Source: Promethearchaeum syntrophicum
GTDB lineage: Archaea > Asgardarchaeota > Lokiarchaeia > Sigyniarchaeales > Promethearchaeaceae
Direction of reading: 5' to 3'
Assembly (NCBI RefSeq): GCF_008000775.2
Contig: NZ_CP042905.2
Location: forward strand, 2,430,001 to 2,462,000
Length of the DNA stretch: 32,000 nt
This document shows positions 18,095-27,719 of the stretch, in pieces (position 1 is the stretch's first letter; the number at the start of each line of letters is the position of its first letter). A model generated the notes under the pieces. It saw nothing but the letters and a program-made list of their open reading frames with translations, ran no database searches and was not told where the DNA came from. A program made the translations under genes and the position numbers.

Positions 18095-19204
18095 TTATTT
18101 CTTTAACCTATATTGCAAAAGAGATATTGTAATAAAAATAGCAACAAATATACCTAACCCATACCCAGAAATTGTTTGGTTATTTGAAAAACTCCATTCT
18201 ATTATTTCCACTCCATCCTCTATGTCAGCAACATAAACAATATGATCACAAATTTCAACATCAAATGGTTTACCACCATCAGAATAATGACCAATTTGTA
18301 CAAGAGAATTTGGGTTCGAAACATTAATTATATGTAATCCCGTTTCACTGTCAGCAATATAAGCAATATTGTTATTGACTTGTAAATCACAAGGATCTCC
18401 TTCCATAGAAAAACTGTTTACTAGTATAGGATTAGATAAATTTTTCATATCGTATATATAGAGCCCCTTTTGAAATGAATTATCTGTAAAATAAGCAAAA
18501 TCATTTTCAACATAAACACCAAAAAATCCTGTATCTTGGTTAAGTTTTGAGATACAATTAACACCAATAGGATCACTAACGTTTAGGATTTCATATCCAA
18601 ATTCATAATCAGCAGCATATATTGTTTTATTTTTAGCAAACAAATTACTAGGTTTACCTCCTCCATTAAATGTCGTAATTCTATATGGATTGCTAGAATC
18701 ACTAACATTAATTATTTTTATTCCACCGGTACCGGTTTCAATAGAACCATGATCTGAGAGATAAGCAACATTTTCCATAATTTGTACATCCACAATCGCT
18801 CCTGAATCTTCAAAATTACCAATATTTATTGGATCTGCTAGATTGCTTATATTATAAACTTTTAATCCTTCAAATACTACAGCTAAATATGCTAAATCTC
18901 CGACAATATCGATTCCATTAGCTCTTCCAGCGGAAGAATCATGATATAATTCAATTGGGTTAGACGAATCGGATACATTGTATATAAAAAATCCATTAAG
19001 GTCGTCAACGATATAAGCAATATTATTTTCAACTACTATATCCATTACTTGGCCATTTGTATCAATTACACCAATTTTCTTTAATTTTAATTCAGATTGA
19101 GTAGCGGAACCAGTCATAAATCCGTTTATCATCAATGTAAACATGATAATAAATAACAATCTTGCCTTTTTTATCATTTTCATCAGTTTTTTTTTAATTA
19201 ACAA
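18095..19204 (-). CDS. LVIVD-repeat beta-propeller surface protein with N-terminal signal and C-terminal TM anchor
   Basis: Repeats such as ADGLAYLAVVFEGLKVYNISNLADPINIGNF / GGKPFDVEICDHIVYVADIEDGVEII; C-terminal GLGIFVAIFITISLLQYRLKK. Confidence 0.85.
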   Translation of the reverse strand: MLIKKKLMKMIKKARLLFIIMFTLMINGFMTGSATQSELKLKKIGVIDTNGQVMDIVVENNIAYIVDDLNGFFIYNVSDSSNPIELYHDSSAGRANGIDIVGDLAYLAVVFEGLKVYNISNLADPINIGNFEDSGAIVDVQIMENVAYLSDHGSIETGTGGIKIINVSDSSNPYRITTFNGGGKPSNLFAKNKTIYAADYEFGYEILNVSDPIGVNCISKLNQDTGFFGVYVENDFAYFTDNSFQKGLYIYDMKNLSNPILVNSFSMEGDPCDLQVNNNIAYIADSETGLHIINVSNPNSLVQIGHYSDGGKPFDVEICDHIVYVADIEDGVEIIEWSFSNNQTISGYGLGIFVAIFITISLLQYRLKK

Positions 19205-19227
19205 AAAAAAAAAATTTTAGAAATTGT

Positions 19228-20115
19228 TTACTTGGTTAAGTATTGAGTGCTGATTTTTTCTTCTTTCCTAGCAATACTACGTAAAATCTTCATTTCTCTA
19301 TCATTTTCGTCAGTATAGCCAATTGAGATATGATCTTTTTTCCATCCATCTTTTTCAGCCAATTTTAACAAGTGATCGAATAAAAAGACTATCACTTCTT
19401 CCTTTTCTAATAGAGTGAATACTGTTGCTAAAGCCAAATTGGTGGTTTCTTCCCCTTCAGTAGGTTTTCGTGATGCTCCAGCTCCGATTAACGTTTCCCC
19501 TTCGTAAACTAGGTAAAAAAATCCACTATTAATGGTTGTTTTAAGAAATTCAGAAAAGCGATCATTTCGTTCATTAGGATCAGTTTTAAAAGCAAGGTTC
19601 CGACAAGTATAAATGGCTTCAAAATCAGCAATAGTTGCTTTGCGAATAGTGTAATTATATGGAGATCTATCAAATTTGGCGATAGTTGATAAATCAAATT
19701 CAAATTGAATAGTATTTCGATCCAGCACCATATTATGGTCTTGGGCTAGTTTTTCCATTTTTGGTTCCAAATTGGTATTTATTAGTAATTTCAAGTCAGT
19801 GTCTCGAGAATCCATATAATTGAATAGATCATTAACAAGTTTCTCTTTTACTTCATTAGGACATTCAGGGGTTGCCCAAGGTCTTCCCAAATGAACTTGT
19901 CCTAACTGAGGATAATCTCTAGCTTGGATATATGCCAATGGTTTATTCTCGGAGGAAAACGCATAGATCACGGATTTAGGATCAATTTTTTCTTGTTCAA
20001 AACGTTCTTGAATTTCTTTTCCAGTGACCGTGCGATTATTATTCATGCTATATAGTTTTCCTTGGATTTCTTCTAATCCTTCATTAGGTGCATAGTTTTT
20101 ATATATGATATTCAT
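19228..20115 (-). CDS. GNAT-family N-acetyltransferase (two-domain)
   Basis: 295 aa; YTIRKATIADFEAIYTCRNLAFKTDPNERNDRF...GFFYLVYEGETLIGAGASRKP...ATVFTLLEKEEVIVFLFDHLLKLAEKDGWKKDHISIGYTDENDREMKILRS. Confidence 0.65.
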   Translation of the reverse strand: MNIIYKNYAPNEGLEEIQGKLYSMNNNRTVTGKEIQERFEQEKIDPKSVIYAFSSENKPLAYIQARDYPQLGQVHLGRPWATPECPNEVKEKLVNDLFNYMDSRDTDLKLLINTNLEPKMEKLAQDHNMVLDRNTIQFEFDLSTIAKFDRSPYNYTIRKATIADFEAIYTCRNLAFKTDPNERNDRFSEFLKTTINSGFFYLVYEGETLIGAGASRKPTEGEETTNLALATVFTLLEKEEVIVFLFDHLLKLAEKDGWKKDHISIGYTDENDREMKILRSIARKEEKISTQYLTK

Positions 20116-20381
20116 TTTTTTTAACCTATTATCAATTTTTATGTATCAATAAAAAAAACATTAATTTCCAAACATATAATTTGTACATTAATTTTAAAAC
20201 GTTTGGTTTTGTATTTTTTTTGTCTTCCTAATTTCTTTAAATTTCTATTTAAATATCTGTTTATAATAATTCAACGATATATTTATTTAAATCATCAGAA
20301 AAATATACAGAAAAAAAAAAATGTCCTTAAAATTAGTTCAAAAGTTTTTCTACGACCAATAGAAGTGGACTAAAGAAAATT

Positions 20382-21584
20382 TTAAATAATTTTAAGTTTT
20401 TTACCGACTTTTTCAATAGCTGTTAATGCCATATCTAAATCTTCACGCGTAAGTAATGCATTCATTTGTACTCTAATTCGAGATAATTCTTTGGCAACCA
20501 TAGGAAAAACGATAGGCGTTCCATAAATTCCTTCTTCTCTAAATAATGTGTCTGCCATTTCTTGAGCTGGACCAGGATCCCCTATAATTAAAGGTATGAT
20601 AGGAGTACAAGAATTACCAGTGTTAAAACCTAAATTATCTAATTTTTCTTTGAAATAATTTGTATTAATCCACAGATTCTTTACATGTTCTGGTTCAGTT
20701 TCAACAACAGAAATTGCAGCATTATTAGCAGCAACAATTGCAGGAGGATGAGCTGTACTGAGTAAATAAGAACGACTTTTATTTGTAACAAATTCACATA
20801 AATCTTTTGAACCAGCAACAGTTCCTCCAAAAACTCCAAACCCTTTACTAAGTGATCCCCCTTCTACATGAACTCTTCCTTGTAAATTAAAATGAGCGAC
20901 AATTCCTCGGCCATTTCCAAGCATTCCTTCACCGTGACAGTCATCTACGAATACCATAGCACCGTAATCATCGCAAGCATCTGCAATTTTATCTAATGGG
21001 GCCATATCGCCATCCATCGAAAAGACTCCGTCTGTAATGACAAGAATTCTTCGTGCATTTTCTGAATCGGCTTTCTTCAAGACTTTTTCCAATTCACCGA
21101 TATCATTATGTGCATAAACACCTTTCGTAGCTTTAGTTAAGCGTACACCATCAATAATTGATCCATGGTTGAGTTGATCGGAAATGACATAATCTCCTTT
21201 TCCAACCAGTTGAGGAATAACTCCTTGGTTTACAGCAAATCCAGTTTGACACAGTAAGGATGCTTCCACGCCTTTAAATTTCGCAAAATGCTCTTGGAAT
21301 TGCTTAGTTAAATCAAAAGTTCCTGCAATGGTGGGAACTGCACCTGCACCTATTCCATATTTATCAAGTGCATCACGAGCAGCTTGAATAATTTTTGGGT
21401 GGCTGGCTAAACCGAGATAATTATTTGTATTAAGCATTAAAACTTCTTTTCCGTCTACAATTGAATGAGGTTTAGATCCAACTTCTAAATGTCTGATTAC
21501 CCAATTCAAGTGATTATCATAAAGATTTTTAACTTCTTCCTTAAGAAATGCTTCAGGTTCTCTTTTCATGTTAAATTTCACCAT
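20382..21584 (-). CDS. kbl: Glycine C-acetyltransferase (2-amino-3-ketobutyrate CoA ligase)
   Basis: MLNTNNYLGLASHPKIIQAARDALDKYGIGAGAVPTIAGTFDLTKQFQEHFAKFKG, DQLNHGSIIDGVRL, VFVDDCHGEGMLGNGRGIVAHF, SKGFGVFGG: PLP alpha-oxoamine synthase signature. Confidence 0.92.
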   Translation of the reverse strand: MVKFNMKREPEAFLKEEVKNLYDNHLNWVIRHLEVGSKPHSIVDGKEVLMLNTNNYLGLASHPKIIQAARDALDKYGIGAGAVPTIAGTFDLTKQFQEHFAKFKGVEASLLCQTGFAVNQGVIPQLVGKGDYVISDQLNHGSIIDGVRLTKATKGVYAHNDIGELEKVLKKADSENARRILVITDGVFSMDGDMAPLDKIADACDDYGAMVFVDDCHGEGMLGNGRGIVAHFNLQGRVHVEGGSLSKGFGVFGGTVAGSKDLCEFVTNKSRSYLLSTAHPPAIVAANNAAISVVETEPEHVKNLWINTNYFKEKLDNLGFNTGNSCTPIIPLIIGDPGPAQEMADTLFREEGIYGTPIVFPMVAKELSRIRVQMNALLTREDLDMALTAIEKVGKKLKII

Positions 21585-21816
21585 ATTAAAAGACTCTTGC
21601 TTTAATTTCTAATAATTTAGTAGATATAAAAAATTAAATAACTGCAAGATTTCAATTATTGATAAATACTTGTAGAATAAGAATATTTTCTTTGAGTTTT
21701 CTCTTCCCATCAATTTGGGAAAACGTCAAATCATCATCTTTAAATTATGCGAAAAAAAGCTATAAGCAAGATCCTTGATAATTTAACATTATATGTAAGT
21801 TTAAAAGTGAGAAGAT

Positions 21817-22776
21817 ATGAGTGAATTAAACAAAATTTTAGTTATTGGTGCAGTAGGACAAATAGGAAGTGATTTGGTCCCAGCGCTACGTAAAAAATAT
21901 GGAAAAAATAACGTTATTGCCACTGGTAGAAGAAGTCAACCATCAAAGAAATTGCGTGAATCAGGACCTTTTATTTACTTAGACGCTTTGGATATTGATA
22001 CCTTGAAGAAAGTTGTTTTCGAGAATCAAATTGATGTTATTTATCATTTTGCTTCGGTTTTATCAGCAACTGGAGAAAAAATGCCTCAAACATCATGGGA
22101 CTTGAATATTAATAGTTTAATTAATGTTTTAGAAGTTGGAAGGCGATATGGGGTTAAAAGAATTATCTGGCCATCATCGATTGCAGCATTTGGACCAACA
22201 ACTCCTAGAGAAAATACTCCAAATGATACAATTTTACAACCAACAACCATGTATGGAGTCACTAAAGTTTCGGGTGAATTATTATTGGAATATTATTATA
22301 AGAAATACGGTTTAGACACCAGATCCATGAGACTTCCAGGTATAATAAGTAGTGAAACGCTCCCGGGAGGCGGAACTACAGATTACGCAGTTGCCATCTA
22401 TTATGAAGCGATAAAACAGAAAAAATACACATGTTTCGTAAAAGAAAATACGGTTCTTCCTATGATGTACATGCCAGATTGTATCAAATGTATGATAGAT
22501 CTAATGGAGGCTGATCCCTCAACCCTTGAACACCACGTATTTAACGTTACGGGAATGAGCTTTTCTGCAGGTGAACTAGCCGCTGAAATCAAAAAACATA
22601 TTCCTGAATTTGAAATATCATATGCCCCCGATTTTAGACAAGAAATTGCAGATTCTTGGCCCATGTCAATTGATGATTCTTTAGCGCGTAAAGAGTGGAA
22701 CTGGCAACCTTCATATGATTTAGGTTCGATGACAGAAGATATGCTTGAAGTTCTTGGTAAACGACTAAAAACTTAA
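21817..22776 (+). CDS. tdh: L-threonine 3-dehydrogenase, NAD-dependent epimerase/SDR type
   Basis: KILVIGAVGQIGSDLVPALRKKYG; SSIAAFGPTTPRENTPNDTILQPTTMYGVTKVSGELLLEYYYKKYGLDTRSMRLPGIIS...GGGTTDYAVAIYYEAI, typical of SDR-type Tdh; divergent to kbl. Confidence 0.92.
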   Translation: MSELNKILVIGAVGQIGSDLVPALRKKYGKNNVIATGRRSQPSKKLRESGPFIYLDALDIDTLKKVVFENQIDVIYHFASVLSATGEKMPQTSWDLNINSLINVLEVGRRYGVKRIIWPSSIAAFGPTTPRENTPNDTILQPTTMYGVTKVSGELLLEYYYKKYGLDTRSMRLPGIISSETLPGGGTTDYAVAIYYEAIKQKKYTCFVKENTVLPMMYMPDCIKCMIDLMEADPSTLEHHVFNVTGMSFSAGELAAEIKKHIPEFEISYAPDFRQEIADSWPMSIDDSLARKEWNWQPSYDLGSMTEDMLEVLGKRLKT

Positions 22777-22846
22777 CAAATAACACGAAATATAAATCAA
22801 CTTTGAAATTAGTTTTTTTCTTATTTCTAATACTAAAATTTCATAA

Positions 22847-23779
22847 ATGAAACCTTTTTTCCTTTGGAATCACTTTATATTCTGGGAGAAAAAAATATTG
22901 CTTAAAGAATTAGATAACTCACAAGATCTTATCCGTGAAAAAATTCTTCAAAAATTGAATGATTTTAATCATTCGAATATTAAATTTGAAAATCTCTTAT
23001 TAATTATTTCAGAAATAGATATTAGATCCTTAATTTTTGCATGTTTTATTGAATCGCCGATTATTTTCATAGAAAATGATTTTGAGCATCAACGATTAAT
23101 AATATTGATTACGGTCCTGAGAAATATATTTCCAAATATGCTTGAAACTTGTTTATTCTTCTCTCCTGAAGAATATTTAAAATATTCAAAAGACTATCCA
23201 AGTGAAATTCGTAAATTTACAATATATAATCTTGTTTACAAATTAAGCGTTAATAAACCATTTTTAGATTCCCAATCAGAACCTTTCCAAAAAAATATTA
23301 GAGAATTGTGCTACACTAATGCGGAATTAAATTTAAATCAATGTAGGATTAAATTTGAGAAATTAACCAAATTCTCGGATAAAATTTTAGATTATCCTGA
23401 AACAAAGAGTGAAAAACTAGCAGAAATTATGAAAAAAAAATATCCTGAAAATAAAGTTGTATTTACTGGAGAAAATATTTCACTCATGCGAGAGCGTTTA
23501 AAATTTAACCATTTTTATTCTTATCCAGATTTAAGATCTTCAGTTGGACCAATTTATATATGGAATGATAGCATTGAAAAATCAGACATAAATGCCATTT
23601 CAAATGTCATAGAAAAATTATGTTTAAATGTGATATACGAACATCATAAAATTTCCACTATAGATTTACTTGGGCATTTACAAAAATTTGCTATTGCGAA
23701 AATGGCTAAATTGAACCAAAATTCGCTTATAGAACTTCTCCAGAAATATATAGAAAAAGCTTGGCTTATAAAAAAATAA
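22847..23779 (+). CDS. Hypothetical protein
   Basis: 310-aa ORF between well-spaced genes with consistent coding character; no recognised motif. Confidence 0.7.
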   Translation: MKPFFLWNHFIFWEKKILLKELDNSQDLIREKILQKLNDFNHSNIKFENLLLIISEIDIRSLIFACFIESPIIFIENDFEHQRLIILITVLRNIFPNMLETCLFFSPEEYLKYSKDYPSEIRKFTIYNLVYKLSVNKPFLDSQSEPFQKNIRELCYTNAELNLNQCRIKFEKLTKFSDKILDYPETKSEKLAEIMKKKYPENKVVFTGENISLMRERLKFNHFYSYPDLRSSVGPIYIWNDSIEKSDINAISNVIEKLCLNVIYEHHKISTIDLLGHLQKFAIAKMAKLNQNSLIELLQKYIEKAWLIKK

Positions 23780-23818
23780 GATAATATTTATAAAATAATA
23801 GGTAGTAACAGAACTATT

Positions 23819-24142
23819 ATGGAACCAATTCAAGTGTTGTCGCTTGTTTGTTCGAGTATTGGCGCCGTTCTTTTTCTTGTTGCAGTAATTTTCGAATTAA
23901 AAATTATAAAGAAACTTAAACAAATAAAGAAGTCAGTTTCATGGAATATTCTAACTTTCTTCACAATATTCTTTATTCTGGGATATGTTGTAAATATTGT
24001 GAGTATTATTGGTGAATTCCTTGTTCTTCAACAAGTTTTTGGGGCATTAGTGTTTCTATTCGGAGCAATTTTTCTTTTATTAATAATTATTGTCAGTTAT
24101 AATACTTATGGAGCAATATTCGACGCAGCAGAGACTTCTTAA
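23819..24142 (+). CDS. Small integral membrane protein (about 3 TM helices)
   Basis: 107 aa with three hydrophobic segments: IQVLSLVCSSIGAVLFLVAVIFEL / WNILTFFTIFFILGYVVNIVSIIG / FGALVFLFGAIFLLLIIIV. Confidence 0.7.
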   Translation: MEPIQVLSLVCSSIGAVLFLVAVIFELKIIKKLKQIKKSVSWNILTFFTIFFILGYVVNIVSIIGEFLVLQQVFGALVFLFGAIFLLLIIIVSYNTYGAIFDAAETS

Positions 24143-24206
24143 ATAAAATAAAAGATTTTTCTTTTTTCTTTTCCTTTTTCTTCCATCATTGAATTAGTGT
24201 TAAATT

Positions 24207-24854
24207 ATGAAAATTGATGAACAAAAAATTCATATTAAAGGTCTTGTTGGAAATATTGAAGCGCAGCTAATCAAAAGTCATCCAAATCAAAATAATGATA
24301 TAGGAATTATTGTTTGCCATCCTCACCCTCAATATGGAGGTACCATGGCATTCCCTGTTGTAAGAACGTTATACAAAACCTTTGGAAATCTAGGATATCT
24401 GTCTGTAAGATTTAATTTTCGAGGAGTGGGAAACTCAGAAGGAATATCTGGAGATGGAACAGGTGAACGGGATGATTTAATTTCAGTTTGTAAATTTGTA
24501 CTAAACGGAAATTTTGGAATTAAAAGCTTATTAATTATAGGTTATTCTTTTGGAGCGACAATAGGTGCGTCAATTGTTAGTTTATTTACTGAAATATTGG
24601 GATATGTTGCAATATCTTATCCTTTTTCATTTATCCCTCAATTTATTCCACACGCACATGTAAATAAACCGAAATTTTTTATTATTGGAGATAGGGATGA
24701 TTTTACAACATTAGACGTTTTTCAAAAAGAGTACAGCAAAATGCCAGAACCCAAAGATATTAAAATTTTTCCGGATGTTGATCATTTTTGGAGTGGTTCT
24801 GAAAATATACTAACCAAACCAATTATAAATTGGTTTAATAACAACTTTAAGTAA
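24207..24854 (+). CDS. Alpha/beta hydrolase
   Basis: IVCHPHPQYGGTMAFPVVRTLYKTFGNLGYLSVRFNFRGVGNSEG...LLIIGYSFGATIGAS...IGDRDDFTTL...FPDVDHFW: Ser nucleophile motif GYSFG plus catalytic-Asp and His regions. Confidence 0.9.
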   Translation: MKIDEQKIHIKGLVGNIEAQLIKSHPNQNNDIGIIVCHPHPQYGGTMAFPVVRTLYKTFGNLGYLSVRFNFRGVGNSEGISGDGTGERDDLISVCKFVLNGNFGIKSLLIIGYSFGATIGASIVSLFTEILGYVAISYPFSFIPQFIPHAHVNKPKFFIIGDRDDFTTLDVFQKEYSKMPEPKDIKIFPDVDHFWSGSENILTKPIINWFNNNFK

Positions 24855-24859
24855 ATAAT

Positions 24860-26068
24860 ATGTCTTCTATCAAACCTAATGTTCTACAAAATAATATTAT
24901 TAAAATTGCTTTGGCTGATTTTTTTTATAATTTTGGCTTGATTTGGGCAATTTATATTTTATATTTCAGGTTTTTAACTTATAGTTTTCAAGATATCGGA
25001 TTATTTGAAGCAATTACGTCCATAACAATAATTTTTACCGAATTAGCAACAGGATCGCTAGCAGATATAATCGGAAGGAGAAATACCGTAATATTGGGTA
25101 ATTTATCAATGTTAATTTTTGCGCTTGTATTAGGTTTGGGTAGTGGAGGAACTTATATATTGCTAGTTGCTGGAATTTTTAGCGGATTAGATTTTTCCTT
25201 TCGTTCGGGAGCTCGTACAGCATTGCTATATGATACTATGGTTAATCTAAATCGCGCAGATAATTTTCTAAAAGTGAGTGGTAAGATCCACGCATTATCC
25301 CTTATTTCAAAAATGGCAGGTATGATACTAGGAAGTTTCCTTTTCCTTATCAATCCTCGGATACCATATTGGATTTGGAGCGGATTTTTAATTATATCAA
25401 TTTTTATTCTAATATTCGTGAAAGAACCAAGAACAGAAAAAATTCAATTGAAAATATCTGAATTATGGAAACACATGGTAACTGGCGTCAAATATATTTT
25501 TAAAAATGCTAGCTTATTGTGGTTAACTGCTTTCTTTTTAGTGGCAAATGCTTTTCCGGAAGCTTATTGGGATATTTACAGTCAAGAACACATGGTTACC
25601 CTTGACCTACCTACTAAGTGGATTGGGATCATATTTGCACTATTAACTGGTTTCAGCAGTTTAGCTTCTTACTTCATTTCGGAAATTGAACAGCGACTCG
25701 GTGAAAAAGTTTTACTCCTTCTAATCATTGTAATCCAAAGTATACTATTTTTATTTATGATTATTACTAAACAATGGTATTGGTTATTGATAATTCTCTT
25801 CTTGTTAACAATTATTAGAAATTTCTCATCACTCTTGGAAGAAAATTATAGTAATAAATTAATTCCATCATCTATGCGAGCAGGTGTGCTTTCTGCAGCA
25901 AGCTTTCTTAGAAACGGTCTTTTCGGAGGTTGGTTAATTATTTGGATGTATGGAGTTCTAATCGATTCTATCGGAATTAGATACGTTTTATTGATTTCTG
26001 CAACCCTAGTTTTATTTTTTGGTTTAACAATGATTTTGCTACGAAAATATAAAAACAACCATAAATAA
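24860..26068 (+). CDS. Major facilitator superfamily transporter
   Basis: 402 aa, multiple TM segments; TELATGSLADIIGRRNTVILGNLSMLI is the MFS loop 2-3 motif. Confidence 0.88.
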   Translation: MSSIKPNVLQNNIIKIALADFFYNFGLIWAIYILYFRFLTYSFQDIGLFEAITSITIIFTELATGSLADIIGRRNTVILGNLSMLIFALVLGLGSGGTYILLVAGIFSGLDFSFRSGARTALLYDTMVNLNRADNFLKVSGKIHALSLISKMAGMILGSFLFLINPRIPYWIWSGFLIISIFILIFVKEPRTEKIQLKISELWKHMVTGVKYIFKNASLLWLTAFFLVANAFPEAYWDIYSQEHMVTLDLPTKWIGIIFALLTGFSSLASYFISEIEQRLGEKVLLLLIIVIQSILFLFMIITKQWYWLLIILFLLTIIRNFSSLLEENYSNKLIPSSMRAGVLSAASFLRNGLFGGWLIIWMYGVLIDSIGIRYVLLISATLVLFFGLTMILLRKYKNNHK

Positions 26069-26075
26069 TCTCCAT

Positions 26076-27503
26076 TTGACATTTGAGTTGTTTTTAATGA
26101 AAAAAACTAAAGTAATAATTGAAAATCTCCACATAAATGGTGATGACGGATCTCTAATACCCATCAAATTACCTAAAAATCAACAAAAATCCTTTAAGGA
26201 CACTATACAAATTGCTGTTAACAATATTTTTGATGGATTTGGTGGTGGAAAGCAATTACTTAAATCTAAAAAGAATGTCTATATAAAACCTAACGGTATA
26301 GACACAAAACCTTACTGTCATACAAGATCTGAAGTGGTTGAGGCAGTAATAAGATATTTCTTTGATGCTGGGGCTGAAAATATATATATTTTTGAAAATT
26401 GTACTCAAACCGGGTTTACACGAATTATTTTTCACGTTCTTGGATATACAAAAATGTGTAAAAAAACGGGGGCAAAACCCATATATCTGGATGAAGAAAA
26501 AGTAGTGAAGGAATATGAATTCAAAGGAAGTGGTAATGAACAATATGATCTTTCTACTTTTGGAGTATCTGAAACAGTAGGAAGAGAATTAATTGATAAT
26601 AGAGATAATAATTTATATATTAGTTTGCCGAAGTTAAAAACTCATTCAATGGCAGGAGTTACGCTTGGTATAAAGAATCAATGGGCTTTTCCTAAACATT
26701 TCGATCGGAAATTTGATCACAATTATAATTTACATTCAAAATTAATTGATGTCTTAGAAATAATTCAACCTGATTTCACGCTAATTGATGGTGTAGAAGG
26801 AACAACTCATGGTCATTATCCCCCTAAAGCATTGGTCAATGATATAGTTAAACCTTTCCGGATTTTGATTGGTGGTCAAGATGTGATTGCTACAGATTTA
26901 GTTGGAGCACGTGTTTTTGGTCTTGGACCTGAAGATGTCCCACATTTGAAAATTGCTATTGAGAGAAATTTAGGAGTTGGGATCAAAAACTTGGATGATA
27001 TTGAGATTATTGGAGATTTATCTAAATTTAATGAGAAATACTCTTATGATTTAGTTAATAAATTTCCAGAAGACGTTAATATTATCTCAGGAAAAGAATT
27101 GTGGTGTCGTGAAGGTTGTAAGAATAATCCACTCTCTCTGTTACAGATATTTTATTTAGATTATAACGGAAAAGGTGGATTTGATATGGTGGCAGGGAAA
27201 GGGTTTGATCTCGATGAAATTGATAATTTAAAAGGTCCAGTTTTTGTAGCTGGACATTGTGCAATTGAAGAGGTAGGAGAAAGGTTATTACAAAGATTAG
27301 GTAAAAAGAAAGTATATTTTTCTGATGGTTGTAATAATTTAGGCCAATCTACTGCAGCTTTATGTCATTTAATGGGAGTGAATGTTTTAGATCTTGTCCC
27401 TATAAATCCATTCATATCAGTAAAATTGTTAATACAAGCTAAATTACATAAAACTCATGCGAATATTCCTTCTTTTCTATCCAAGTGGATTAAAACTGTT
27501 TAG
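26076..27503 (+). CDS. DUF362 domain protein
   Basis: NVYIKPNGIDTKPYCHTRSEVVEAVIRYFFDAGAENIYIFENC...TLIDGVEGTTHGHYPP...IGGQDVIATDLVGARVFGLGPEDVPHLKIA. Likely real start is ATG at 26097 (MKKTKVIIENLH). Confidence 0.85.
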   Translation: MTFELFLMKKTKVIIENLHINGDDGSLIPIKLPKNQQKSFKDTIQIAVNNIFDGFGGGKQLLKSKKNVYIKPNGIDTKPYCHTRSEVVEAVIRYFFDAGAENIYIFENCTQTGFTRIIFHVLGYTKMCKKTGAKPIYLDEEKVVKEYEFKGSGNEQYDLSTFGVSETVGRELIDNRDNNLYISLPKLKTHSMAGVTLGIKNQWAFPKHFDRKFDHNYNLHSKLIDVLEIIQPDFTLIDGVEGTTHGHYPPKALVNDIVKPFRILIGGQDVIATDLVGARVFGLGPEDVPHLKIAIERNLGVGIKNLDDIEIIGDLSKFNEKYSYDLVNKFPEDVNIISGKELWCREGCKNNPLSLLQIFYLDYNGKGGFDMVAGKGFDLDEIDNLKGPVFVAGHCAIEEVGERLLQRLGKKKVYFSDGCNNLGQSTAALCHLMGVNVLDLVPINPFISVKLLIQAKLHKTHANIPSFLSKWIKTV

Positions 27504-27719
27504 GTTTATTGCTTTTTTTTAGGTTGATTTACGAATTGAAATTCATCAAGAACTAGTAATGTTTTCACTATTCAAAGATAATTAAAAAATTTTTAATCTA
27601 ATCTCCTTTTATCTTAATTATATGGAAACTTAAGGTCGGTAATAACAAATCCCCTTATGTAGGAATTAAATTTTACAAGTAAAATAAATTAACATGCAAG
27701 AATATCGGTGATTTAACAT

